From an uncultured bacterium (GTDB taxonomy: Bacteria > Fidelibacterota > UBA2242): a stretch of DNA of 64,000 nt. Every line of letters begins with the position of its first letter. Within the stretch, counting starts at the first letter, position 1. The position numbers and the translations under genes were made by a program. The DNA is taken from the NCBI GenBank assembly GCA_964588795.1, contig CAZPQN010000002.1, forward strand, positions 48,477 to 112,476, in the 5' to 3' direction. Below, piece after piece: positions 19,546-28,354 of the stretch. The notes beneath the pieces were generated by a model. The model worked only from the letters and a program-made list of their open reading frames with translations, had not been told where the DNA came from and made no database searches.

Positions 19546-20865
19546 TTAAAACGATATCGATGCTAAATTTTTAGGAATTTTAAATTTCCCCATTTGGCGT
19601 GTCATATTGACAATCTGCCAGTACTGATTGAGAACGCGGTTGACATCCTGCGGAGTTGTTCCGCTGCCCCGCGCAATACGCCGACGTCGGCTACCATTGA
19701 GAATCCCGGGATTGTTACGTTCTTCCAACGTCATGGACTGAATAATTGCTTCTGTTTTTTTTAATAATTTTTTATCGGGGGTGGTTTGATACAATCGTGT
19801 TCGCAAAACATGTGGTAGCATATTCAAAATCGAATCCATTGACCCAATTTTCTCTACCTGCCTAATTTGGATCAGAAAATCCTGCAGAGTAAAATTTTCT
19901 TTCCGTATTTTTTGTTCAATCTTGCTGGCCTGTTCCAAGTCAACGGATTCCTGGATTTTCTCGACTAGGGTGACAATGTCCCCCATTCCTAATATCCGGT
20001 TGGCAATCCGCTCAGGGTCAAACGCCTCCAAATCGCCTGGTTTCTCCCCTTTTCCGATAAACATTATCGGTTTCCTTATTGCCTGGACCATCGATAATGC
20101 GGCACCACCCCGTGCATCGCTGTCCATTTTGGTAAGTAGAATACCGGTCAAATCCAACAAATGCTCAAATGCTTCGGCAGTCTGGACGGCATCCTGACCC
20201 GTCATGGCATCCACGACCAGTAATATATTCTGCGGATGGACGAGTGTCTTGAGCATTTTTAACTCGTCCATCATTTTTTCATCAATATGCAGACGTCCGG
20301 CGGTATCAATGATCAACGTATCAAGATGCTTATGGCGCGCATATTTGATCGCACAACTAACCCTCTCACTGACCGCCGCTTGCTCGCAGTAGACTGGGAT
20401 ATTCAGCTGTCGTCCCAGGATCTTTAATTGCTCTTCGGCGGCTGGCCGGTAAATATCAGCCGGAACAAGTAAAGGATGTTGATTTCGACGATTAAGATAA
20501 GCGGCCAGTTTGGCGGCCGTGGTGGTTTTTCCACTGCCCTGCAAACCGACCAACATAATAACCGTCGGAGGAAAAGTCGCGATATTAAGTTCCTTCTTCT
20601 GCGAACCCAGCAAGGCAACCAGCTCATCATTGATGATTTTGACCATCAATTGCCCCGGGGCCAGGCTGTTACTAAACCGCACTCCCAGGGACTTAGTTTT
20701 AACAGACTGAATAAAATTCTTTACGACTTTATAGTTGACATCAGCGGATAGCAGAACTCGTTGCACTTGACGGAGAGTATCACTAATGTTTCCTTCAGTG
20801 ATTTTACCTTCTCCACGTAATGTCCTTAATATCGTTCCGAATCCGTTTTGTAAGTGCTCAAACAT
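19546..20865 (-). CDS. ffh: Signal recognition particle protein
   Basis: GLQGSGKTT, DTAGR, TKMDSDARGG, SRRRRIARGSG. Confidence 0.98.
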   Translation of the reverse strand: MFEHLQNGFGTILRTLRGEGKITEGNISDTLRQVQRVLLSADVNYKVVKNFIQSVKTKSLGVRFSNSLAPGQLMVKIINDELVALLGSQKKELNIATFPPTVIMLVGLQGSGKTTTAAKLAAYLNRRNQHPLLVPADIYRPAAEEQLKILGRQLNIPVYCEQAAVSERVSCAIKYARHKHLDTLIIDTAGRLHIDEKMMDELKMLKTLVHPQNILLVVDAMTGQDAVQTAEAFEHLLDLTGILLTKMDSDARGGAALSMVQAIRKPIMFIGKGEKPGDLEAFDPERIANRILGMGDIVTLVEKIQESVDLEQASKIEQKIRKENFTLQDFLIQIRQVEKIGSMDSILNMLPHVLRTRLYQTTPDKKLLKKTEAIIQSMTLEERNNPGILNGSRRRRIARGSGTTPQDVNRVLNQYWQIVNMTRQMGKFKIPKNLASISF

Positions 20866-20894
20866 TTACTGTCTCATAACCATTTTAGCGTATA

Positions 20895-20923
20895 AATTTA
20901 CTCCACAAGGCGACCTTATGCAA
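20895..20923 (-). promoter_or_regulatory. Putative sigma70 promoter for the ffh operon
   Basis: TTGCAT-17 nt-TAAATT. Confidence 0.55.
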
Positions 20924-21047
20924 GAAATTATCTCGGTAAAAACCCTTAATCAGAAGAGTCTTCTTCGCCCTCCAAAACGCGGCCGGTATGCTGACGGGAA
21001 CCAAATGACAATGGGCAATTTGAAGTAATAGGTAACTTGACAGTCGA

Positions 21048-21076
21048 TTGCATAAGGTTCCGAGACGATGTAAATT
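21048..21076 (+). promoter_or_regulatory. Putative sigma70 promoter for porU
   Basis: TTGCAT-17 nt-TAAATT. Confidence 0.55.
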
Positions 21077-21092
21077 TCCCGTCGTTTACAGC

Positions 21093-24000
21093 ATGATTAA
21101 ATTAAAAACAGTCACTCCTTTGTTTATCGCGGTTATTTGGGCTTGCGCCCTCAGCGGAGCAGAAGCAATCCGTTTAAACATTATTGAAGAGACACTTTCA
21201 TCGCTGCAGTTGGAAATCGATTTACCAGATCAATTTGAATGGCGGGCGGCTGACCGCTATCCGCAATTCGAGAGTACGATGATCCTTGGAGAATCCAGTA
21301 GTGAACGTTTGAGTAACCGTTTTTATATTCCTTATTTTGAATGGAAAATCGCTCTGCCGGATACAGTAAAACCAGAGATTCGGATTATTTCTTCGCAATT
21401 CCGAACGTACCAGCTATCACGGTCAATCAATCCGGCAGATATGCATCTTATTAATCAACGCCCGCTTGCTGCAGTTACTGAAGTCGGCTTCCAAAGAGAC
21501 ATTCCAACGGGCATCCTGCGTATATATCCCCTCCGTGCTTCGCTTTCAGCCCGGGAAATGCAAATTTTATCCAAAATCGAAATCCGGTTGATCATACGTA
21601 ACTCAGACAGCCAAGGTAAATTGTCGAATCCACCATCACCAAATGCAGTTCATCTTAATGCTCGATCGGCATCCGTTTGGAGACGACCACTTTCCAAACG
21701 GGTGTCCAAAGCGGCTCTACCTCCCACGGGCAAATGGCTGAAATTATCGGTAGCGAGCGACGGTTTATATTATCTTACTGCACAGGATGTGGAAGCGGCG
21801 GGTATCTCGGCCGCCAATCTCGATACGAATTGCCTGTTCATTTTTTCGAATGCGACCGGCGGTCGTGAACAGTCAGCAACCCCTGGACTGGAAGTGCCGA
21901 ATAACTTAGTCGAAAACAGTCGTCTGATCTTAGGCGACCGTGACCGGTACTTTGAAATCGGCGACACTCTGATTTTCTACGGACGGGCCACCAGCGGTGT
22001 GGAAGCTAACTCGCAGGGCAGACTTTATTTCAACCGTAATGCCTACGCCAAAACCAATTTTTACTGGCTTCTAATTGCCGATACACCGGGTACACCGAAG
22101 TCGATGCTACTTTTTCCTTCTCAGAGTACCACTCCTACCGCGACTGCCAACTCCACCGAATGTCTCGAACGCCACGAGCAGGAACTGGTCAATTTTTTAC
22201 ATTCAGGAAAATCCTGGTATGGCGAAAAATTTGCCGGCTCTGGTAGCAATGTCACTCTTTTAAAAAATATGCCAACGTCGCAGAGTAGCAATTACCCGAC
22301 GATGTTAACTATTAAGGTCAGAGGAGCGACCAGCGATAATGTGTCTCACTCCTACAAACTATACATTAATAGCTCATCGGAGGCCATTGCCAACTGGTCA
22401 AGTAGTGAATTTTACAGCGCTACTCGCTCGGTCTCGACAAATTTACGTCCAGGTCCGAATCTGCTCCGTATTAATTATACCGCGTCACAGTCAGCGGCGA
22501 ATGCTTATCTGGATTATATTGATTTCAGCTTTACCAGTCCTTTGGACGCAGGCAGCCTGCCATTTCGATTCTGGGCTCCGTCAGGCAATGGCAATTACCG
22601 ATTTCAGATCCGGCAAATTGGTACAAGCCGTCCCTTAATTTTTGATATTACGGATTTCGCGAGTGTCGCGGTTCAAAATTATAGTATTAATTCCGATTCA
22701 GCATCATTCACCCGAACGATCGAGTCAAGTCATCGTTTGCAGTTCCTGATCGTCGCTCGCAGTGATTTTCAAAAACCAGACAAAATCGAATCACTCGCAC
22801 CGGAATGGAACCTGATCCGCGATCCCGGTAATGGAGCTCAGTATGTGATAATCACGAACGAGAGCCTGCTTCCCACCGCTCAAAGCTTGGCGGATCTTTA
22901 TTCAAACGAACTGCGTCCTGCCGACCGCCTCTCCACAAAAGTGGTCACCCAAAATCAAATCCTGCGGGAGTTTACTGGTGACGTAACCGATCCGCACGCG
23001 ATTCGATATTTTTTAAAATACGCTCTTACTAATTGGGTGGTCGCTCCCGAATACGTATTGCTTTTCGGTGACGGAACCTATGATTACCGCGGTCTCGAAT
23101 CCACCACTGGAAATCTTGTCATGACTTATCAGATCGAGCCGGATTACGAGTCAGGTGACGGTTACAGCTCTTATGTTTCAGATGCACGGTTTGTCTATTT
23201 AATGGGAACTGATCGCCTGATGGATATGGCCATCGGTCGCCTGAATGTGCGTAATCTGGCCGAAGCCAACGCCGTCACGCAGAAAATCCGCCAGTATCTC
23301 ACTGAACCAGAGTATGGCGATTGGCGGAGCAAAGTTACGCTGGTTGCCGATGATCCTCAACGTCCGCTTAACGATGAGCAGTATCATCTGAGTGATACCG
23401 AAAACTATTTAGTCAAGTACCTGGCCAAATCTCTGGTCGTTAATAAACTTTATCTGCTGGAGTATCCGGAAGTGCAGGATGCTTCGAGCTATGGAGTTAA
23501 AAAACCAGCGGCGACTGAAGCCATTCTGAAGCAACTGGAGACCGGTACAACAATCATCAATTACCTCGGTCATGGCAGTCCCAGTGTCTGGGCTCAGGAA
23601 TATGTCCTGGTCAAGGATCGTGATATTGGCAAAATAAAAACCGGTGGCAAATTGCCTTTCTGGATTGCCGGAACCTGCAGTTGGGGTCAGTTCGATGAAA
23701 TTAACACCGAATGCATGCCTGAAGCCCTGATCAGAAAGGCCGCTGATGGAGGCATTGCGGCCCTGGCGGGTTCCCGTCCAACCTATGGAAGTGCTAATCG
23801 TGCATTTATCAGTCAACTTTTTCAACGTTGGTTTGCAAATGGAAAAATCAACCGTTATCGCCTTGGCGATTTAATAATGAGTATCTTTAACGGGCAGAAT
23901 GAGAATACGGAAAAATATATCCTTTTTAGTGATCCTGCGCTTTATCTCGCCCTGCCTTACGAATTTTCCTCACTTGACAAAATGCCCTCCGATACACTCC

Positions 24001-25001
24001 CGGCGATGACCAACGTACTGGTCACTGGTACAATCTCTACCGATACCGACCGATTTGATGGTAATGGCATCCTGACTGTTTTTGACAGTCAGCGTTTCGT
24101 AACCCGTTATTACCTGAATGACGACAAGGTCAAGCGCAGTATGTCTTACTTTTTGCCCGGTGAAGTCCTGTTTCGTGGTAACATACAGGTAATCAATAAT
24201 GAATATACCGGTCGGTTTTATGTCCCCAAAGACCTGAACTATGAAAAGTACTACGGGCAAATCAAATTCTACGGTTACAACCCCGCCAATGGTCAGGAAG
24301 CTGGCGGCCATTATGATTCACTGGTTTACACTGGTTCATCCCCACTGATTGATACCGTTGGCCCGGAAATCAGAATCGGATTTAAAAATCAGAACTTTGT
24401 CTCCGGTGACCCGGTTACTCCTTCTGCGATCTTGAATATTGAATTCCGAGATGCACATGGGATCAACATCGCCGGGCAAATTGGACATGATATTACGTTG
24501 AATTTTGATAACGACGCTCTAAATCTGTATAACCTCACTTCAGATTTTATTTACCATACGAATAGCGATTCTTCCGGGCTAATTGAGCGCAAATTACCCG
24601 AATTGGAGCCGGGAAAGCACTCCGTGACGGTCAAAGCCTGGGACAATGCCAATAATCCTACCAGCGTTTCTGCTGATTTTATCCTGTTAGCCTCGGACAA
24701 GTTTAAATTGGAAAAAGTCTACAATTATCCCAATCCTTTCAAGCATAATACCGATTTCACTTTCTACCTGACCCAACCGGCCAAGATTAAACTTACCATT
24801 TACACTGTGCGCGGTCTCGTTATCAAAACCATTGATCCGGGACAGACGTTTGACACCGGATTTAACCAGATCAACTGGAATGGTGAAGATGAATTTGGCG
24901 ATCCCATAGGGCACGGGATTTACCTGTATCGGATCAGTGCTATTGCAGAGCTTTCGCGACAGAAAGACCAATTTATTGGAAAATTAGTCCGGATCGAATG
25001 A
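21093..25001 (+). CDS. porU: Type IX secretion system sortase PorU (peptidase C25 family)
   Basis: Signal peptide from ATG 21093, YVLLFGDGTYDYR, IGRL, catalytic GHG and GTC, KAWDNANN, C-terminal YNYPNPF tail. Confidence 0.88.
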   Translation: MIKLKTVTPLFIAVIWACALSGAEAIRLNIIEETLSSLQLEIDLPDQFEWRAADRYPQFESTMILGESSSERLSNRFYIPYFEWKIALPDTVKPEIRIISSQFRTYQLSRSINPADMHLINQRPLAAVTEVGFQRDIPTGILRIYPLRASLSAREMQILSKIEIRLIIRNSDSQGKLSNPPSPNAVHLNARSASVWRRPLSKRVSKAALPPTGKWLKLSVASDGLYYLTAQDVEAAGISAANLDTNCLFIFSNATGGREQSATPGLEVPNNLVENSRLILGDRDRYFEIGDTLIFYGRATSGVEANSQGRLYFNRNAYAKTNFYWLLIADTPGTPKSMLLFPSQSTTPTATANSTECLERHEQELVNFLHSGKSWYGEKFAGSGSNVTLLKNMPTSQSSNYPTMLTIKVRGATSDNVSHSYKLYINSSSEAIANWSSSEFYSATRSVSTNLRPGPNLLRINYTASQSAANAYLDYIDFSFTSPLDAGSLPFRFWAPSGNGNYRFQIRQIGTSRPLIFDITDFASVAVQNYSINSDSASFTRTIESSHRLQFLIVARSDFQKPDKIESLAPEWNLIRDPGNGAQYVIITNESLLPTAQSLADLYSNELRPADRLSTKVVTQNQILREFTGDVTDPHAIRYFLKYALTNWVVAPEYVLLFGDGTYDYRGLESTTGNLVMTYQIEPDYESGDGYSSYVSDARFVYLMGTDRLMDMAIGRLNVRNLAEANAVTQKIRQYLTEPEYGDWRSKVTLVADDPQRPLNDEQYHLSDTENYLVKYLAKSLVVNKLYLLEYPEVQDASSYGVKKPAATEAILKQLETGTTIINYLGHGSPSVWAQEYVLVKDRDIGKIKTGGKLPFWIAGTCSWGQFDEINTECMPEALIRKAADGGIAALAGSRPTYGSANRAFISQLFQRWFANGKINRYRLGDLIMSIFNGQNENTEKYILFSDPALYLALPYEFSSLDKMPSDTLPAMTNVLVTGTISTDTDRFDGNGILTVFDSQRFVTRYYLNDDKVKRSMSYFLPGEVLFRGNIQVINNEYTGRFYVPKDLNYEKYYGQIKFYGYNPANGQEAGGHYDSLVYTGSSPLIDTVGPEIRIGFKNQNFVSGDPVTPSAILNIEFRDAHGINIAGQIGHDITLNFDNDALNLYNLTSDFIYHTNSDSSGLIERKLPELEPGKHSVTVKAWDNANNPTSVSADFILLASDKFKLEKVYNYPNPFKHNTDFTFYLTQPAKIKLTIYTVRGLVIKTIDPGQTFDTGFNQINWNGEDEFGDPIGHGIYLYRISAIAELSRQKDQFIGKLVRIE

Positions 25002-25597
25002 TGCATTCAATCAACTGGCATGAGCGTCAAATCATACTGGCTTCGCAATCTCCCCGGCGACGCAGTATTTTACAAATGGTCGGATTTAATTTTCGTGTTC
25101 ATGAACCCCAGTATATTGAAGAGACGCAAAAATTTCTTCCTCCGCGCCGCATTGCTCGTCGACACGCGATTCGTAAAGCCCAAAGCATCGCCCAGTACTA
25201 TCCAAAAGCCTGGCTGATCGGCGCCGATACCATCGTCGTGAAAAATGAAAGAATCCTCGGTAAACCCTCTTCACGGACAGAGGCCATTCATATGTTAAAG
25301 ACCCTGGCCGGTACCAGCCATTACGTGTTCACCGGCTATTGTCTGCTTAACTCGGAAAATGGTAAATATTTAAGCAATGTCATTCGGACAACAGTGTACT
25401 TTCATCCTATTCCAGACCATACAATTGAGTACTATGTTGACCACGATCAACCCTATGACAAGGCCGGAGCCTACGCCATTCAGGATTTCAGCGCGGTTTT
25501 CGTAAAAAAAATCAACGGTTGCTTTTATAATGTCGTGGGTTTTCCGTTACCGGCTTTCTATGAACAGGTCAGTCGGCAAATTGACCACCTGCTATAA
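24998..25597 (+). CDS. maf: Maf family nucleoside triphosphate pyrophosphatase
   Basis: ILASQSPRR, GADTIV, DKAGAYAIQ, NVVGFP. Confidence 0.96.
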   Translation: MMHSINWHERQIILASQSPRRRSILQMVGFNFRVHEPQYIEETQKFLPPRRIARRHAIRKAQSIAQYYPKAWLIGADTIVVKNERILGKPSSRTEAIHMLKTLAGTSHYVFTGYCLLNSENGKYLSNVIRTTVYFHPIPDHTIEYYVDHDQPYDKAGAYAIQDFSAVFVKKINGCFYNVVGFPLPAFYEQVSRQIDHLL

Positions 25598-25666
25598 AAG
25601 AAGTCTTTGGATATAATGCCATTTTTAAGGATATTATTTCAGTAATTGAAACAGTAAGATAAAAAT

Positions 25667-26458
25667 ATGTTCTACGAGAAATTAAAAGCGCAACGTGAAC
25701 AACTCGGAATAACGCTTGAACAGCTGGCAAGCAGAACGAAAATCAGTAAAGACCTGCTCTTCAACTTTGAACAAGGCAATTTCTCCAACCTGCCCAGAAC
25801 CTACGCCCGTCTTTTTATAAAAGCGTACGCTCTTGAGGTCGGTTTGAATCCGCAGGAGATCCTCAACGCTTTGGAAGCATACATCGGCAAGAACCCGGAT
25901 CTACCGGCTATCCCTCCTGATCACCCCAATCGATCGGAACCTTCTTCAGTGAATGCTACTCCTAAACCTGCCACTCCCCAACGTCGAAATTTTGCGACCA
26001 TCGTAACTTTCTTTGTCATTGTTATTTTCCTGATCTCAATCCTTAAACAGATTTTGACCGAAGATACCGCAGGATTAGCTAACTATAATCCACCAATTCT
26101 ACCTCCCTCCTCTTCATCACAACCAGATTCATCCACATCCGGGAATCCGGTGGCAAATGATAGTCTGAGCTTAGAACAGCAAAAACAGAACCTGCGCTTG
26201 ATTCTACTAACCAAAGATAGTTGCTGGGTCAAAATTATCACCGACAATCGGGATACCTTTGAAGCTAATCTCCCTCCCCACTACCGTAAAGAATCAGTAG
26301 CGGTTACACAATTTGATCTGCGCGTCGGACGTCCCGCCAGTATCAATTTGATTCTAAACGGAAAAGACCTTGGCAAAGTCGGTGAACCGGCAATCCCCAC
26401 CCGGATAATGATCACCAAGGATGGCATTATTCGTCGGCAATCGTTTACAGTAAGATAG
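25667..26458 (+). CDS. rodZ: RodZ-like cytoskeleton protein (HTH + TM + periplasmic domain)
   Basis: N-terminal HTH 'YARLFIKAYA', single TM, 'CWVKI' periplasmic domain. Confidence 0.82.
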   Translation: MFYEKLKAQREQLGITLEQLASRTKISKDLLFNFEQGNFSNLPRTYARLFIKAYALEVGLNPQEILNALEAYIGKNPDLPAIPPDHPNRSEPSSVNATPKPATPQRRNFATIVTFFVIVIFLISILKQILTEDTAGLANYNPPILPPSSSSQPDSSTSGNPVANDSLSLEQQKQNLRLILLTKDSCWVKIITDNRDTFEANLPPHYRKESVAVTQFDLRVGRPASINLILNGKDLGKVGEPAIPTRIMITKDGIIRRQSFTVR

Positions 26459-26541
26459 CCAGTATAAAACAAACAAATAACCTGCTCCGCGGAATTTAAT
26501 CCCGCACCTCGGCCCCGTCAGAAAAAAAGTGAAAATAATTC

Positions 26542-26615
26542 TTGACAATTAGTTTTTTTTGTCCTACTTTGTGGGGGAATGTGGGGCAAATTCCCAGAAT
26601 ATCCCAAATAGTGAG
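26542..26615 (+). promoter_or_regulatory. dcw promoter and MraZ-binding repeats
   Basis: TTGACA-17-TACTTT followed by GTGGG boxes at 10-bp spacing (26571, 26581). Confidence 0.8.
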
Positions 26616-26621
26616 TAAGCA

Positions 26622-27074
26622 ATGATAACTTCCTTCGCCGGAGAATCGCAACATCCACTTGATGACAAAGGTCGTCTGAGTATCCCGGCTAAATATCGCC
26701 ACTGGCTCGAGGGTGAAGACGCCGAATATGTTTTCGTGGTTACCAAAGGGTCGGATCCGTGCCTGGTCGCGTACCCTGCTATCGAATGGGAAATGCTCAC
26801 CCAGAAACTGATAAAACTTTCGCACTTTAAAAAGAAAAACCGGGCGTTTATTCGTACGATAACCCGCAGTTCCGCTCGGCTTAAATGCGATGGGCAGGGA
26901 CGTATCTTTATTCCTCAACCGCTCCTTGATTATGCACATATTAAAAAGGATGTTGTGATAATTGGAGCAATAAACTACTTAGAATTCTGGGACCCTGATA
27001 CCCTCAATCAGCACAGTGAATCTCAGATTCCACTTGATGATGATTACTATGAGGATCTCGGAGATATTTTATAA
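26622..27074 (+). CDS. mraZ: Transcriptional regulator MraZ
   Basis: DDKGRLSIP and DGQGRIFIP repeats. Confidence 0.97.
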   Translation: MITSFAGESQHPLDDKGRLSIPAKYRHWLEGEDAEYVFVVTKGSDPCLVAYPAIEWEMLTQKLIKLSHFKKKNRAFIRTITRSSARLKCDGQGRIFIPQPLLDYAHIKKDVVIIGAINYLEFWDPDTLNQHSESQIPLDDDYYEDLGDIL

Positions 27075-27098
27075 GGTATCCATCAAAATAGCCATGCT

Positions 27099-28034
27099 AT
27101 GATCAGTATCCACACTCCCGTTATGGCAGCGACCACGATCAGATACCTGCTCACTAAACCTGCGGGAGTATACGTTGACGGTACCTTAGGCACTGGTGGT
27201 CATTTGTCAGCGCTTTCAGCAAAGCTGCACCCGACAGCATTTTTAATCGGAATCGATGCCGATGCGAAGGCCGTAGAATACTGCCAGAAAAATCTCAACC
27301 TGCAGCAGAAAACCAGATTCGTCAATGCTAATTTCGAAGAACTTATGCGAATTTGTTATAGAGCCGGTTTTACTCAGGTTGATGGGATTTTGCTTGATTT
27401 GGGTCTGTCCTCTTTCGCCCTTGATAATCCCCAGAGAGGTTTTGCATATGCCAGTGATGGCCCCCTGGATATGCGATTCTCAACTACCAATACCCTGACT
27501 GCGGCAGATTTCATCAACGATTCCGATTTGCCATCTCTGATACGAGTATTTACTGAATTCGGTGAGGAACGTCAGGCAAAGCAGATTGCCCGGCAGATAA
27601 TTAAACACCGCGCACAAAATCGAATCCAAACGACCAGACAGCTGGCAGAGATTATAAAAACGTGCGTAGCAGGAAGTTATCAGTCAAAGACGCTAAGTCG
27701 TATCTTTCAGGCCATCAGGATTAATATTAATCGGGAATTAATCGTATTAAAAAGTGTCCTGGCTCAGGCGGTTGATCTCCTGGCTCCCGGTGGGCACTTG
27801 GTTATCCTTACTTACCACTCCCTAGAAGATAGGATCGTTAAACAGTACTTCAAGACCGAATCCTCGGATTGTCTCTGTCCGCCCGAATTTCCCGTTTGTC
27901 AATGTCAGCACAAAGCCCGGTTGAAAATCCTGACACCTAAACCTATCACGGCCGAAAAAGCTGAGATCCAATCCAATCCGCGAGCTCGCAGTGCCAAGCT
28001 TCGGGCCGTAGAAAAAATCAGGGTTGTCGCATGA
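27099..28034 (+). CDS. rsmH: 16S rRNA m4C1402 methyltransferase
   Basis: HTPVM, DGTLGTGGH, LLDLGLSS, NPRARSAKLR. Confidence 0.98.
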   Translation: MISIHTPVMAATTIRYLLTKPAGVYVDGTLGTGGHLSALSAKLHPTAFLIGIDADAKAVEYCQKNLNLQQKTRFVNANFEELMRICYRAGFTQVDGILLDLGLSSFALDNPQRGFAYASDGPLDMRFSTTNTLTAADFINDSDLPSLIRVFTEFGEERQAKQIARQIIKHRAQNRIQTTRQLAEIIKTCVAGSYQSKTLSRIFQAIRININRELIVLKSVLAQAVDLLAPGGHLVILTYHSLEDRIVKQYFKTESSDCLCPPEFPVCQCQHKARLKILTPKPITAEKAEIQSNPRARSAKLRAVEKIRVVA

Positions 28035-28354
28035 ATAAAATTCCCAAAAGGAGAAATCTACAGAAGCGTCGCCATAATCTGGTATTGTTGACGATCTTTT
28101 CCCTGCTCGTTGGGTCAATGCTGTTTTACCTCTGGATATACAATTACACCAACCAACTTTATCGAAATATCGAGCAATTGCGTCGTCAGGAAAGCAATCT
28201 GGTCGCTCGTAACAGAATGACCATGATCGAAATTGAGACTCTCAATCGTACAGACCGGATTAAAAACATTGCCGCTAACGAAATAGAAATGGTTACGCCG
28301 GTCCCCGAAACCTTAGCGGTCGTCATTGATCCTAAAACCATGGTGACCCGCTAA
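28031..28354 (+). CDS. ftsL: Cell division protein FtsL
   Basis: Basic N-terminus, one TM, coiled coil; position between rsmH and ftsI. Confidence 0.8.
   Translation: MNKIPKRRNLQKRRHNLVLLTIFSLLVGSMLFYLWIYNYTNQLYRNIEQLRRQESNLVARNRMTMIEIETLNRTDRIKNIAANEIEMVTPVPETLAVVIDPKTMVTR

Noticed and set aside
21048-21092. TTG start for porU at 21048
   Set aside because: Coincides with the predicted -35 box; signal peptide starts at ATG 21093
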